Counted from the first letter of the stretch, positions 1 to 9,251 are shown. The stretch: 64,000 bases of DNA from Minisyncoccia bacterium (GCA_050015515.1 JBEKBG010000002.1:18777-82776), one strand, 5' to 3'. Numbers and translations: made by a program. Notes: a model not told the origin generated them from the letters alone.

Positions 1-43
1 TGTGAGTTTTGCAGACCCTTTTTCCGGGTGCGTATGATATGAT

Positions 44-1054
44 ATGAGTATAGATATGGACAGCCATTTCACCTTTCATAATAATAGACGAGCGACTATC
101 ATCGCCATCGCGTTTTTTGTTGTTTTCTCCGTTATTCCGATCGGGCTGATAGGAGCCTACCGCTGGGTCTCCGATACCTTTACCAAGCAGGTCACCACCC
201 AGCAGCAGACCCTGTCCGATATCGCCGCCCTTGCGATCAATGTCAAACTCGACCGGCTGGTGAACATCGCGTCGTCCCTCGCGTCATCAAGCCAGCTTGA
301 GTCCGACGCCGCGAACGGACAATGGACGGCCGCTGCGGCCGTTGCGCGCGACGCCGAGAATAACGTCGCATTCTACGACCCCTTCATCGACCGCATTATC
401 GTCTATGACACGAACGGTGTTCAGCAGGCCGCTTATCCGGAACTTACCGGCGGACTCGGCACCCAGGCCTCGGTAAGCGGATGGTACGGGGCGTTATCCG
501 GAGGCACGCAGGCCTCCTACGTTTCGGGCGTCACAAAAAGGATCTCGTCGCCGCAGATACAGGTGGTGAACATCGCGGTTCCCATCATCGCGAACAAGCG
601 CGCGGTCGGTTTCCTTGTTCTCCAGATACCAACCGACAACTTCCTTGATTTCGGCGGGAACCTTTCCCTTGGAACGTACGGGTTCGCTTATATCGTGGAC
701 GCATCGGGCAACCTCGTGGCGAATCCCAAATATCTTTCGGACACCAACGGTGCCGTCGTTAATTATTCCTTTGTTCCTCAGGTCAAGAAAGTGCTTGCGG
801 GTGGGAACGGCACCGACATTGTGTTGGACCAGGGCAGCGGAGAGAAAAGCATTATCACCTATCAGCCCGTGCCGGGATACGGCTGGGGGGTGGTCGTGCA
901 GGAATTGTATTCAGAGGCGTTCTCCGGGGTATCGTCGGCCCTCGTCGACATCATGCTCCTGATCGTGCTTGCCTGGATGGCGGATGTCGTTCTTGCCTGC
1001 ATCCTGTATCAGTATATTGTCCTTCACCACCATAACCATGAACACACGCAATAA
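44..1054 (+). CDS. membrane protein with N-terminal TM, extracytoplasmic Cache-like domain, C-terminal TM and His-rich tail
   Basis: 336-aa ORF; hydrophobic segment IIAIAFFVVFSVIPIGLIGAY near N-term and LLIVLAWMADVVLACILY near C-term; the central region has Y/D/G spacing typical of Cache sensor folds; tail HHHNHEHTQ. Confidence 0.45.
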   Translation: MSIDMDSHFTFHNNRRATIIAIAFFVVFSVIPIGLIGAYRWVSDTFTKQVTTQQQTLSDIAALAINVKLDRLVNIASSLASSSQLESDAANGQWTAAAAVARDAENNVAFYDPFIDRIIVYDTNGVQQAAYPELTGGLGTQASVSGWYGALSGGTQASYVSGVTKRISSPQIQVVNIAVPIIANKRAVGFLVLQIPTDNFLDFGGNLSLGTYGFAYIVDASGNLVANPKYLSDTNGAVVNYSFVPQVKKVLAGGNGTDIVLDQGSGEKSIITYQPVPGYGWGVVVQELYSEAFSGVSSALVDIMLLIVLAWMADVVLACILYQYIVLHHHNHEHTQ

Positions 1055-1661
1055 AAAGAAAAAAGGTTTCACGCTGATAGAGCTTCTGGTCGTGATCGCG
1101 ATCGTCGCCATCTTGGCGGTGGTCGTCGTGCTGACACTGAATCCGTCGGAATTACTGAAGCAATCGCGCGATGCCCAGCGCGTATCGGATTTTGGCACGT
1201 TGAAGAGCGCGATAGGACTTTATCTTGTGGATGCTCCCAGTCCCAACCTCGCTTCCACAACGTCCGGCTATTCCGCCTGCTACCTGTCCACGATAACCGC
1301 AAAGGGAACGACCACGACAACTCCCGCTTGCGGAGTGTTCACAAAAACCTATTCCGCCGGTAATTCAAGCACTACGAGCGCGCTCTATCGGAACAATAAC
1401 AGTCAGGGATGGCTACCGGTCAATTTTTCCCAGATAACATACGGGTCGCCGCTGAGCGCGCTTCCTGTCGATCCCATCAATAATGCCAGCTATTACTATG
1501 CGTATGCAGCGACCTCCACCAGCGGATATTATTTCGAGCTCGATGCCTTTATGGAAAGCGTAAAATATTCAGCGGGCGGAACAAATAACGTGGTGACGAC
1601 GGACGGTGGCGATAACTCATCGGCCTATGAGACGGGGAACTTCCCCGGGCTGAACCTCTAG
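1038..1661 (+). CDS. type IV pilin-like protein (prepilin N-terminal cleavage/methylation motif)
   Basis: Internal ATG at 1038 gives MNTRNKKKKGFTLIELLVVIAIVAILAVVVVL, the class III signal KKGFTLIELLVV; the upstream part of the 969 ORF overlaps the previous gene. Confidence 0.75.
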   Translation: MNTRNKKKKGFTLIELLVVIAIVAILAVVVVLTLNPSELLKQSRDAQRVSDFGTLKSAIGLYLVDAPSPNLASTTSGYSACYLSTITAKGTTTTTPACGVFTKTYSAGNSSTTSALYRNNNSQGWLPVNFSQITYGSPLSALPVDPINNASYYYAYAATSTSGYYFELDAFMESVKYSAGGTNNVVTTDGGDNSSAYETGNFPGLNL

Positions 1662-1679
1662 CGCTTCTTGCGCCTGCGG

Positions 1680-1707
1680 CGGCACATCTTCTCGTGCCGG
1701 GTTTTTT
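1680..1707 (+). terminator. rho-independent terminator after pilin gene
   Basis: CGGCAC-loop-GTGCCG stem followed by TTTTTT (1702-1707). Confidence 0.6.
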
Positions 1708-1733
1708 GGGGTATAACTAGAAAGATAAATTTT

Positions 1734-1807
1734 GGGCCTTTAGCTTAGTGGTAGAGCAACCGGTTTGCATCCGGTAGATAGGGGTTCGATTCCCCTAAGG
1801 TCCACCA
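1734..1807 (+). tRNA. tRNA-Ala (anticodon TGC), CCA encoded
   Basis: Cloverleaf GGGCCTT-AGCTTAGTGGTAGAGC-ACCGG-TTTGCAT-CCGGT-AGATA-GGGGTTCGATTCCCCT-AAGGTCC-A-CCA; anticodon loop TT-TGC-AT; GGTTCGATTCC T-arm. Confidence 0.85.
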
Positions 1808-1809
1808 CC

Positions 1810-2400
1810 ATGGAAAAAAGAGTTTTTATCATTCACGGCTGGGACGGGTATCCCGAGGAAGGGATTTTCCCCCATCTCAAGAGCGAACTGCAAAAGCGGG
1901 GATTCGAGGTGTTTACTCCGCTCATGCCGGATCCGTTGCATCCACGGATCGACGAATGGGTATCATTTCTTAAACAACAAGTCGGCGTTCCTGACGCGAA
2001 TACGATTCTTTTAGGCCATTCCATCGGATCGCAGACGATATTAAGATATTTGGAAATGCTTGGTGAAGGCGAGCGTATCGCGGGCGCGGTGTTTCTGGCG
2101 GGATGGGTTCATCTTACCGATGAGGCGTATGAGACCGATGAAGATGCGACCATCGCGAAGCCTTGGCTTGAGACGACGCTGGACTGGCCTGCGATCAAAA
2201 CACATGCCGGAAAATCCATTGCGATATTTTCGGATGACGACCCGCTGGTTCCGATCTCGGATGCGGCGCTATTTGAAAAAAAGCTTGGCGCTGAAATTAT
2301 CATCGAGCATAGCAAAGGGCATTTCAGCGGAAGTAGCGGGATAACGGAACTGTCATCCGCACTCGAAGCGATTTTGGAAATAGCGAGGGAGGGGAGGTGA
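1810..2400 (+). CDS. alpha/beta-fold serine hydrolase (YdeN/RBBP9-like)
   Basis: Starts MEKRVFIIHGWDGYPEEG immediately after the tRNA; GHSIGS nucleophile-elbow motif; about 196 aa. Confidence 0.65.
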   Translation: MEKRVFIIHGWDGYPEEGIFPHLKSELQKRGFEVFTPLMPDPLHPRIDEWVSFLKQQVGVPDANTILLGHSIGSQTILRYLEMLGEGERIAGAVFLAGWVHLTDEAYETDEDATIAKPWLETTLDWPAIKTHAGKSIAIFSDDDPLVPISDAALFEKKLGAEIIIEHSKGHFSGSSGITELSSALEAILEIAREGR

Positions 2401-2441
2401 CTTTTGTATTTATAAAAGATTAAAAAATTATGAAAAACTTT

Positions 2442-2469
2442 TTGACATTACGCGCGTGAATAATACAAT
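2442..2469 (+). promoter_or_regulatory. sigma70-type promoter TTGACA-N16-TACAAT; -10 ends 7 nt before ATG (leaderless mRNA)
   Basis: TTGACA 2442-2447, TACAAT 2464-2469, ATG at 2476. Confidence 0.55.
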
Positions 2470-2475
2470 TATTGC

Positions 2476-2691
2476 ATGACCATAGATGATCTTGCCGTCG
2501 CCACCCAGCGGGAATTCCAAGAAGTCCGCGATGAGATGAGCGAATTTAAAAATGAAATCCTTCGCGCTATTGATCGCGTGGATACCCATCTGTCTGCGTT
2601 TGCGTCCCGAGCGAATGAGGATATTATAAATCTCCAAGAATCGGCGCAGGAACATGACGGGCGTCTTCGGGTATTGGAGAGGCGGGGATAA
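2476..2691 (+). CDS. small coiled-coil protein, hypothetical
   Basis: 71-aa ORF with heptad-like charged sequence; consensus promoter positioned for leaderless start. Confidence 0.35.
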   Translation: MTIDDLAVATQREFQEVRDEMSEFKNEILRAIDRVDTHLSAFASRANEDIINLQESAQEHDGRLRVLERRG

Positions 2692-2709
2692 CGGCGCACG
2701 CGCTTTTAT

Positions 2710-2738
2710 TTGACATAAACCCTCGCCTCGCTTACAAT
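2710..2738 (+). promoter_or_regulatory. promoter of rpsL-rpsG (TTGACA-N17-TACAAT)
   Basis: TTGACA 2710-2715, TACAAT 2733-2738; ATG at 2754 with no SD. Confidence 0.55.
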
Positions 2739-2753
2739 TCTCTGGTATTCGTT

Positions 2754-3170
2754 ATGCCTACCATCCGTCAACTCATCAAAAAGCCCCGAAAGCCGCTCGC
2801 GTCAAAGATAAAAGCGCCGGCGTTGTCGTACTATTTTAATTCCATCCATAACCGTCCGGTGGATTCCGCGTCGCCCTTCAAGCGGGGTGTGTGCGTGAAG
2901 GTTTTCACCCAGACGCCGAAGAAACCGAACTCCGCTATCCGCAAGGTGGCGCGCGTGCGATTGACGAACGGCATGGAAGTCACGGCGTACATTCCGGGCA
3001 TCGGCCACTCACTGCAGGAACACTCCATCGTCATGCTTCGCGGCGGCCGCGTAAAAGATCTTCCGGGCGTCCGCTATCACATCGTTCGTGGCGTGCTCGA
3101 TACGACCGGCGTTGAAAATCGCAAGCAACAGCGTTCAAAATATGGCGCCAAGCGCCCGAAGAAAAAATAA
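2754..3170 (+). CDS. rpsL: 30S ribosomal protein S12
   Basis: [13 protein letters not shown]...[37 protein letters not shown]...VRYHIVRG; about 15-aa insertion after KAPAL. Confidence 0.95.
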   Translation: MPTIRQLIKKPRKPLASKIKAPALSYYFNSIHNRPVDSASPFKRGVCVKVFTQTPKKPNSAIRKVARVRLTNGMEVTAYIPGIGHSLQEHSIVMLRGGRVKDLPGVRYHIVRGVLDTTGVENRKQQRSKYGAKRPKKK

Positions 3171-3194
3171 CGCGACATAGAATTTTTCAAACTC

Positions 3195-3662
3195 ATGCGC
3201 AAAAAGCGAATATATAAAAAGTTCCATCAGCCTGACGTCGTGTACGGCCGCGTTGAGCTTGGCCGCTTCATCAACTATGTGATGAAAGACGGAAAGAAAT
3301 CCACCGCCGAGAAGCTGGTCTATTCCGCATTCGATAAAATAAAGGAGGCGACGAAAGAGGAGCCGATGGTGGTCTTCGAACGCGCTCTCGAGAATACAAT
3401 GCCATTGCTGGAGGTCGCGTCCAAGCGCGTTGGCGGCGCGAACTATCAGGTGCCGCGCGAGGTTCGCCCCGAGCGCCGCTTCGTGCTCGCGCTTCGCTGG
3501 ATCATCGGCGCCGCCCGCGCCAAGAAGGGCAAAGGCATGGCCGACAAGTTGGCGGAAGAGATCATTGCCGCGTCCAAGAACGAAGGCAACGCGATCAAGA
3601 AGAAGCTCGACATGCACCGCATGGCGGAAGCCAACCGCGCGTTTGCGCACTTCGCGAGATAA
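3195..3662 (+). CDS. rpsG: 30S ribosomal protein S7
   Basis: 155-aa ORF with typical S7 sequence (…[15 protein letters not shown]…LALRWII…). Confidence 0.95.
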   Translation: MRKKRIYKKFHQPDVVYGRVELGRFINYVMKDGKKSTAEKLVYSAFDKIKEATKEEPMVVFERALENTMPLLEVASKRVGGANYQVPREVRPERRFVLALRWIIGAARAKKGKGMADKLAEEIIAASKNEGNAIKKKLDMHRMAEANRAFAHFAR

Positions 3663-3748
3663 TCATTTGTAATCGCAAAAAGAGAAAAATGGCCCGGCGT
3701 CGGGCTGTTTTTTTAAGATAGTTTTAATCGGCATTTTGTTACGGTGGG

Positions 3749-4174
3749 TTGATGTATGATCCGGCGTTTCAATTTGAGCGTGAAAAAATAGAAAATGAAG
3801 CGCGAGAAACTTATAACAAAATCGGGCATGTTTGGTCGCCCGTATTGAATGGCCATATTTCATTTAAGAGTGCCGGTTTTCGCCATTTGATGTGGAAAGG
3901 AGGAAAACGTCGGCCGTATACACAGCAAATAAAACGACTCTCATTGATCGCATATGCAGCTAAAATAGTTTCCGATCCGAAAGCGCGGGTCATTGAGCGA
4001 GAAGAAATGCGTGATTCACTGATCAAGCGTGCCGGGGTGAAAATCATAATTAAGGCCCCGGTTCGTTTTTGGGCCTTTCATGCAAATATAGAAAGAAAAA
4101 ACATACGAGTAATTGTGAGGCAGGTCAGTAATGGGAGTAAGCACTTTTTCAGCATTTTTGAGGAAGAGAAATAA
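3749..4174 (+). CDS. hypothetical protein, paralog of 10553..10963 (conserved HLMxKxGKRR … FW … IVLRQ … KHFFSI)
   Basis: 141-aa basic protein; clear alignment to the ORF at 10553-10963; inserted between rpsG and fusA. Confidence 0.6.
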   Translation: MMYDPAFQFEREKIENEARETYNKIGHVWSPVLNGHISFKSAGFRHLMWKGGKRRPYTQQIKRLSLIAYAAKIVSDPKARVIEREEMRDSLIKRAGVKIIIKAPVRFWAFHANIERKNIRVIVRQVSNGSKHFFSIFEEEK

Positions 4175-4256
4175 AAAAGGACTCGATAGCGAGTTCTTCT
4201 TTATATGCCTGTGGCAACTATACCGCCTCGCCAAGGAGCTTCAGCTCCTGCAGGCA
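4173..4256 (-). ncRNA. candidate convergent small RNA abutting the 3' end of 3749..4174
   Basis: Minus-strand promoter (-35 TTGACT at 4291-4286, -10 GATAAT around 4266-4261), about 80-nt structured transcript, terminator hairpin ACTCG-CUAU-CGAGU plus U-run whose T-run overlaps the TAA of the plus gene. Confidence 0.35.
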
Positions 4257-4320
4257 CATCATTATCATACACTTAGACGATAATCAGTCAAATAACTTTT
4301 AATGATTTTTTAATGTTTTG

Positions 4321-4360
4321 AAAAAATAATAAAAATGCCGCCCGTGGTGCCGGGCGGCAT
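4321..4360 (-). terminator. rho-independent terminator of gene 4393..4707
   Basis: ATGCCGCCCG-TGGTG-CCGGGCGGCAT hairpin with A-run on plus strand (T-run on minus). Confidence 0.6.
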
Positions 4361-4392
4361 TGGGTGCTGTTGTAATGAAGCCGCGACGAATG

Positions 4393-4707
4393 CTAATTCG
4401 ACGCCGCTGCCACTATCTGGCGGACAAGTGAACCTTCGGCGCTCGTCAGTAGATGGACGAGCGGATTTTCGGGATCCTTGAGGTCGTTCTCTGTCCACTC
4501 GGTCGTGTCGACGACCACCTTCCGCATGGCGTCGTCCGCGAATTCCGGGTCGTCGAATATCGCCGGGGTCGAGATGAGGATCCTGTATCGACCGACTTCG
4601 CCGCGGGTAATGAATCCGCAATATTTGCCTGCGTTGTCGGGGCCCGCATGGGTCGCAATGATGTCATCGGGGTTTCCCGCTATCTCGTACGCTGTGAGTC
4701 TTGTCAT
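4393..4707 (-). CDS. hypothetical protein
   Basis: Start MTRLTAYEIAGNPDD with GGAGG 8 nt upstream (one of few SD-bearing genes); 104 aa. Confidence 0.5.
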   Translation of the reverse strand: MTRLTAYEIAGNPDDIIATHAGPDNAGKYCGFITRGEVGRYRILISTPAIFDDPEFADDAMRKVVVDTTEWTENDLKDPENPLVHLLTSAEGSLVRQIVAAASN

Positions 4708-4817
4708 GACATATTCCTCCCTGCTGCCCCCCACGATATCACATTTGCAGCCAATAAAAAACTGTGATAATCTAATCAACGTCGCCCAGGCGACTTTTAT
4801 ATTAATTTAATCTATCT

Positions 4818-6935
4818 ATGCCCCGACAATATTCCATCGAGAAGACCCGCAACATCGGCATCATCGCGCACATCGATGCGGGTAAGACGACCGTCAGTGA
4901 ACGCGTGCTTTTTTATACCGGCGTTTCGCACAAGATCGGCGAGGTGCACACGGGCGACACGGTGATGGATTGGATGGAGCAGGAACGCGAGCGCGGCATC
5001 ACGATCACGAGCGCCGCGACGACCGCGTTCTGGACGCCCACGTATCACGCCGCGGGTCCCGACCATAAAAACTTCGAGCACCGCATCAACCTGATCGACA
5101 CTCCGGGCCACATTGACTTTACCGTGGAGGTAAAGCGCTCGCTGCGCGTTTTGGACGGCGCGGTCGTCGTATTCGACGGCGTCGCCGGCGTGGAGCCGCA
5201 GTCGGAGACCAACTGGCGCTACGCGGACGATTACAAAGTGCCGCGCATCTGCTTTATCAACAAGCTCGACCGCGCCGGCGCGGACTTTGAAAAGAGCTTC
5301 AAGTCCATCCTTGACCGCCTCACCCAGAACGCGATCCCGATCCAGCTGCCGATCGGCACCGAGGCGAACTTTAGCGCGGTCGTGAACCTGCTCGAGAACA
5401 AGGCGTATACCTTCGAAGGGGAGCACGGCGAGAATATCGTAGAGATCCCGATCCCGGCAGATATGATGGAGACGGTGGCAAAGCATCGCCATGATCTCAT
5501 CGAAAAGATCGCGGAGAACGACGACATCGTGATGGCGAATTACTTGGACGGAAAAGAGATCTCACTCGAGGACCTTCGCAAGACGTTACGCAAAGGCGTC
5601 ATCGCAAACACGATCGTGCCGGTCATGTGTGGTTCGGCGCTCAAGAACAAAGGCGTGCAGTTTATGTTGGATGCCGTCATCGAATACCTGCCGTCGCCGG
5701 CGGACATGCCGCCGATCATGGCGCATGACGAAAAGACGGGCGAAATTGTGCCGGTCAAGCTTACCGACGAAGAGCACTTTGCGGGTTTGGCCTTCAAGAT
5801 CGCAACGGATCCGTTCGTAGGAAACCTGGCGTTCTTCCGCGTCTATGCCGGCGTCCTTAAGAAAGGCTCGTATGTGTATAACTCCACGAAGGGTCAGCAG
5901 GAGCGCGTCAGCCGTATCGTCCGCATGCACGCGAACGACCGCGAAGAAGTGGACGAGGTCTACTCCGGCGAGATCGCCGCAATCGTGGGCTTAAAGGGCA
6001 CCACCACCGGCGACACATTGTGCGATCCGGATCACGCCGTCATTTTGGAAAAGATCACGTTCCCGGAGCCGGTCATCGGGTTGCGCATCGAACCGAAGAC
6101 AAAAGCGGACCAGGAGAAGATGGGCATTGCATTGCATCGCTTGGCGGAAGAAGATCCGACGTTCCGTGTGGAAGGCGATAACGAGACGGGGGAGACGATC
6201 ATCTCCGGCATGGGCGAATTGCACTTGGACATCATCGTGGACCGCATGAAGCGCGAGTTCAACGTCGGCGCAAACGTGGGTCGGCCGCAGGTGGCATACC
6301 GCGAAACGATCACGGCGGAAGCCGAGGGCGAAGGCAAGTACATCAAGCAATCCGGTGGACGCGGTCAGTACGGTCACGTTAAGTTGCGCGTAAAGCCGGG
6401 AGAAAAAGGCTCGGGATTCGTGTTCGTTGACGCAATCAAAGGCGGTTCCATTCCGAAAGAATTCATCAACCCAACAGAGAAAGGCGTCAAAGAAGCGATC
6501 GATAAAGGTATTGTCGCCGGCTATCACATGGTAGACGTGGAGGTAGAGCTCTACGATGGTTCGTTCCACGAGGTGGACTCTTCCGAAGCGTCATTCAAGA
6601 TCGCGGGTTCCATGGCATTCCAGGACGCAGCCAAGAAAGCCAAGCCGGTCATTCTCGAACCGATCATGAAGATCCAGGTCATCGTGCCGGACAACTTCAT
6701 GGGCGAGGTCACGGGCAACGTCAGCGGCAAGCGCGGCGCCATCGAATCGATCGACGATCGTCCGGGTCAGCTCAAGGTGGTGAATGCCAAAGTGCCGTTG
6801 TCCGAATTGTTTGGTTACGCTACCGAGCTTCGCTCGATGTCACAGGGGCGTGGTTCATTTACGATGGAATTTGATCACTACGAGGCGGCACCGCGCAATG
6901 TGACGGAGCAGATTATTGAGGGGAAGAAGCGCTAA
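4818..6935 (+). CDS. fusA: elongation factor G
   Basis: [17 protein letters not shown], full EF-G domain order; 705 aa; about 12-aa insertion after switch region. Confidence 0.97.
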   Translation: MPRQYSIEKTRNIGIIAHIDAGKTTVSERVLFYTGVSHKIGEVHTGDTVMDWMEQERERGITITSAATTAFWTPTYHAAGPDHKNFEHRINLIDTPGHIDFTVEVKRSLRVLDGAVVVFDGVAGVEPQSETNWRYADDYKVPRICFINKLDRAGADFEKSFKSILDRLTQNAIPIQLPIGTEANFSAVVNLLENKAYTFEGEHGENIVEIPIPADMMETVAKHRHDLIEKIAENDDIVMANYLDGKEISLEDLRKTLRKGVIANTIVPVMCGSALKNKGVQFMLDAVIEYLPSPADMPPIMAHDEKTGEIVPVKLTDEEHFAGLAFKIATDPFVGNLAFFRVYAGVLKKGSYVYNSTKGQQERVSRIVRMHANDREEVDEVYSGEIAAIVGLKGTTTGDTLCDPDHAVILEKITFPEPVIGLRIEPKTKADQEKMGIALHRLAEEDPTFRVEGDNETGETIISGMGELHLDIIVDRMKREFNVGANVGRPQVAYRETITAEAEGEGKYIKQSGGRGQYGHVKLRVKPGEKGSGFVFVDAIKGGSIPKEFINPTEKGVKEAIDKGIVAGYHMVDVEVELYDGSFHEVDSSEASFKIAGSMAFQDAAKKAKPVILEPIMKIQVIVPDNFMGEVTGNVSGKRGAIESIDDRPGQLKVVNAKVPLSELFGYATELRSMSQGRGSFTMEFDHYEAAPRNVTEQIIEGKKR

Positions 6936-7059
6936 AACAATATAGGGCACATGCTTTTGAAAGGACGGCGTTCCAGCCTGCTGGCTGGCCGCCTTGGCTC
7001 TCGCCGCCTTCGCGGCTCCGAGACACCTTTCAAAAGCATGTGCCCTATGTTGTTTTAGC
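6931..7059. repeat. long palindromic element, family 1 (34-bp arms plus conserved about 60-nt core)
   Basis: Arms GCTAAAACAATATAGGGCACATGCTTTTGAAAGG / reverse complement (1 G-T mismatch); 5' arm contains the fusA stop codon; core ACGGCGTTCCAGCCTGCTGGCTGGCCGCCTTGGCTCTCGCCGCCTTCGCGGCTCCGAGAC. Confidence 0.8.
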
Positions 7060-7151
7060 GACCCGTTTCAGAGTGATCTGCGGCACGGTGTTCTTGGGCC
7101 GGAGATGAAGGTAGTCTAGCGAATTAATAAGTGCTAACATGTTAAATATAG

Positions 7152-7883
7152 ATGAAAAAAACACCCTCAAAAATCAAGGTTATTGATCTATTTTGTGGTA
7201 TAGGAGGCTGGATCGGGGGGACGCGACCGGACAACGCTCGCTTCGTTCCGCCACCGGTGGATGACATGAAGCGTTCTCTTTCGGATCTCGAGAGTTTTAT
7301 GTATGCGGAAGATGCGACGCTGACCGTCATTAAGGCGGGTCTTTTGCATGCGCAATTTGAGACCATCCATCCGTTCCTTGATGGTAATGGAAGAACGGGA
7401 CGGATGCTCATCACATTCTATTTGTGGAAAGAAGGGTTTTTGGAAAAGCCTGTTTTGTTTTTATCCTCATATTTTAAAGAACATCAAAAGGTCTATTACG
7501 AAAAGCTTTTGTGCTATCACGAGGGAAAGGTTTCTGAGTGGATTGAATTCTTTTTGGATGGGGTTATTGAGATCGCCAATGAAGCAATCGATATTGTTGG
7601 GAAAATAACGAAGCTTAGAGAAGGGGATACGGAAAAGGTTCAAGGCCTTGGCAAGCGCGCATCGGAAAGTGCAATGAAGGTATTGCCCAAGCTTTATGGC
7701 CAACCGATCGTCAACGTGAGTCTTGTTCAGCGGTGGACCGGTTTTACCCGTGCCGGAGCACAAACCGTCATTGATCGGTTTATCGAGCTTGGCATTCTCT
7801 CCAAGAAGGATAAGGACAAGAAATATGGGCAGTCTTATATTTATAAGAAATACGTGGGCTTATTTTCTGATAGCGCCGCGTAG
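7152..7883 (+). CDS. Fic/DOC family protein (HPFxDGNGR motif) with C-terminal wHTH-like region
   Basis: AQFETIHPFLDGNGRTGRMLITFYL matches the Fic active-site motif HxFx(D/E)GNGRxxR; short N-terminal region suggests possible 5' truncation. Confidence 0.65.
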   Translation: MKKTPSKIKVIDLFCGIGGWIGGTRPDNARFVPPPVDDMKRSLSDLESFMYAEDATLTVIKAGLLHAQFETIHPFLDGNGRTGRMLITFYLWKEGFLEKPVLFLSSYFKEHQKVYYEKLLCYHEGKVSEWIEFFLDGVIEIANEAIDIVGKITKLREGDTEKVQGLGKRASESAMKVLPKLYGQPIVNVSLVQRWTGFTRAGAQTVIDRFIELGILSKKDKDKKYGQSYIYKKYVGLFSDSAA

Positions 7884-7933
7884 TTTGCGTTGGAGCGCAG
7901 CGAGGACTCCTGTGCGGGCGAGGGCGCTTCGCG

Positions 7934-7998
7934 ACCGTGCCGAAATCCAACCCTTCACGGGGAAGATGCTTCTTTATCTCAACTGCCGCGATTGCGGC
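7934..7998 (+). promoter_or_regulatory. partial duplicate of SAM-I riboswitch 3' half plus terminator hairpin
   Basis: GACCGTGCCGAAATCCAACCCTTCACGGGGAAGATGCTTCTTTATCTCAACTGCCGCGATTGCGGCATTTTT is about 90 percent identical to 9318-9372 in the complete riboswitch. Confidence 0.45.
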
Positions 7999-8090
7999 AT
8001 TTTTAGTTCCTTTCTTTGGGGGTATCGTTGTCACTATCCCTGCGGCGATCGTGGGGATCATTTTAAGATTAAAACCTCATTAAAAGAGTT

Positions 8091-8119
8091 TTGACTTTGG
8101 TACTGGGTGGGCGGACAAT
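8091..8119 (+). promoter_or_regulatory. promoter TTGACT-N17-GACAAT, -10 ends 7 nt before ATG 8126 (leaderless)
   Basis: TTGACT 8091-8096; the same AAGTTTTGACTTTGG promoter module recurs at 10441 and 17742. Confidence 0.45.
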
Positions 8120-8125
8120 GATGAT

Positions 8126-8980
8126 ATGGAAAAGAAAAAAAGAGAACAGAATACTCATCCGACGATCTTTGAAGAGAAAGAGGTTCGAAGAACCTGGCAT
8201 GATGAAAAGTGGTATTTCGTTATAGCAGACGTGGTGCAGATTCTTACCGATTCGAAAGATGTTCAGGGGTATATTAAGGATATGAGACGGCGAGATCCGG
8301 AGCTATCCCAAGGGTGGGGGCAAATTGCCACCCCCCTTGGGATTGAGACCGCTGGAGGAAAGCAAAAAATGAATTGTGCTAACTTGGAAGGCATCTTTCG
8401 TATTATTCAATCCATTCCTTCCCCAAAGGCGGAGCCATTTAAGCGCTGGCTCGCCAAGGTCGGCAAGGAAAGGATCGAGGAAATCGCAGACCCCGAATTG
8501 GCGGTAACGCGGACTAAAGAGATTTACGACAAAAAAGGATATCCAAAAGATTGGGTTGATAAGCGCATGCGAGGCATTGCCGTCCGAAATACGCTTACCG
8601 ACGAGTGGAAATCGCGGGGAGCGTCGATGAGCTTTGAGTTTGCGATTTTAACCGACGAGATTTACAAGGCGGCATTTGATAAGACCGCGAAAGAATATAT
8701 GAAGCACAAAGGGTTGGATAAAAAAGCGGGTGATAATTTGCGCGACCATATGGGAGACATTGAATTGATTTTGACGATGCTTGGAGAAGCGACGACGACC
8801 AAGCTCAGCACGGAAAAAGATTCGCATGGATTGGAAGCGTTAAAGAATGATGCGCAAATTGGGGGAGGCGTCGCCGGCAGGACTCGAAAAGATATCGAAC
8901 GGCAAACGGGCAAAAAGGTAATTTCAAATGAGAATTTTAAAAGCCGGAAGCTTTTGAAAGGCAAGGAAATTCGCAAGTAA
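8126..8980 (+). CDS. Bro-N domain protein / phage antirepressor-like
   Basis: FEEKEVRRTWHDEKWYFVIADVVQILTDSKD fits the Bro-N (KilA-N-like) pattern F..E.R....DGE.WF.A.DV..LG; 284 aa. Confidence 0.55.
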   Translation: MEKKKREQNTHPTIFEEKEVRRTWHDEKWYFVIADVVQILTDSKDVQGYIKDMRRRDPELSQGWGQIATPLGIETAGGKQKMNCANLEGIFRIIQSIPSPKAEPFKRWLAKVGKERIEEIADPELAVTRTKEIYDKKGYPKDWVDKRMRGIAVRNTLTDEWKSRGASMSFEFAILTDEIYKAAFDKTAKEYMKHKGLDKKAGDNLRDHMGDIELILTMLGEATTTKLSTEKDSHGLEALKNDAQIGGGVAGRTRKDIERQTGKKVISNENFKSRKLLKGKEIRK

Positions 8981-8981
8981 T

Positions 8982-9251
8982 ATGTCCCAGAAAACCAGGA
9001 TCAAAAAGAATTTAGCGCTGTCGGCAGATTTCAACGCGTATATTTTGAGAAATCCGAAAGTGATGGATAAATTACCCAGGAAGGTCTGTATCGTTTTTGA
9101 AGACAAAAAGGACCAAATTTTTTCGCGGGCAAACTTGAACACGGCAAAAGATATTGCGAATAGCGAGAAATGTTTCGTTGCGAGTAAGTCTGGGTCTCGC
9201 TGGTCTTTGCGTCCGCTCGCCGTATGCTATAATCATCTTACAACCGAATAG
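8982..9251 (+). CDS. hypothetical small protein
   Basis: 89-aa ORF immediately after the Bro-N gene; no recognisable motif. Confidence 0.25.
   Translation: MSQKTRIKKNLALSADFNAYILRNPKVMDKLPRKVCIVFEDKKDQIFSRANLNTAKDIANSEKCFVASKSGSRWSLRPLAVCYNHLTTE

Noticed and set aside
4812-6569. Minus-strand ORFs (226 aa, 192 aa and others) within fusA
   Set aside because: They are antisense shadows of a highly conserved EF-G gene.
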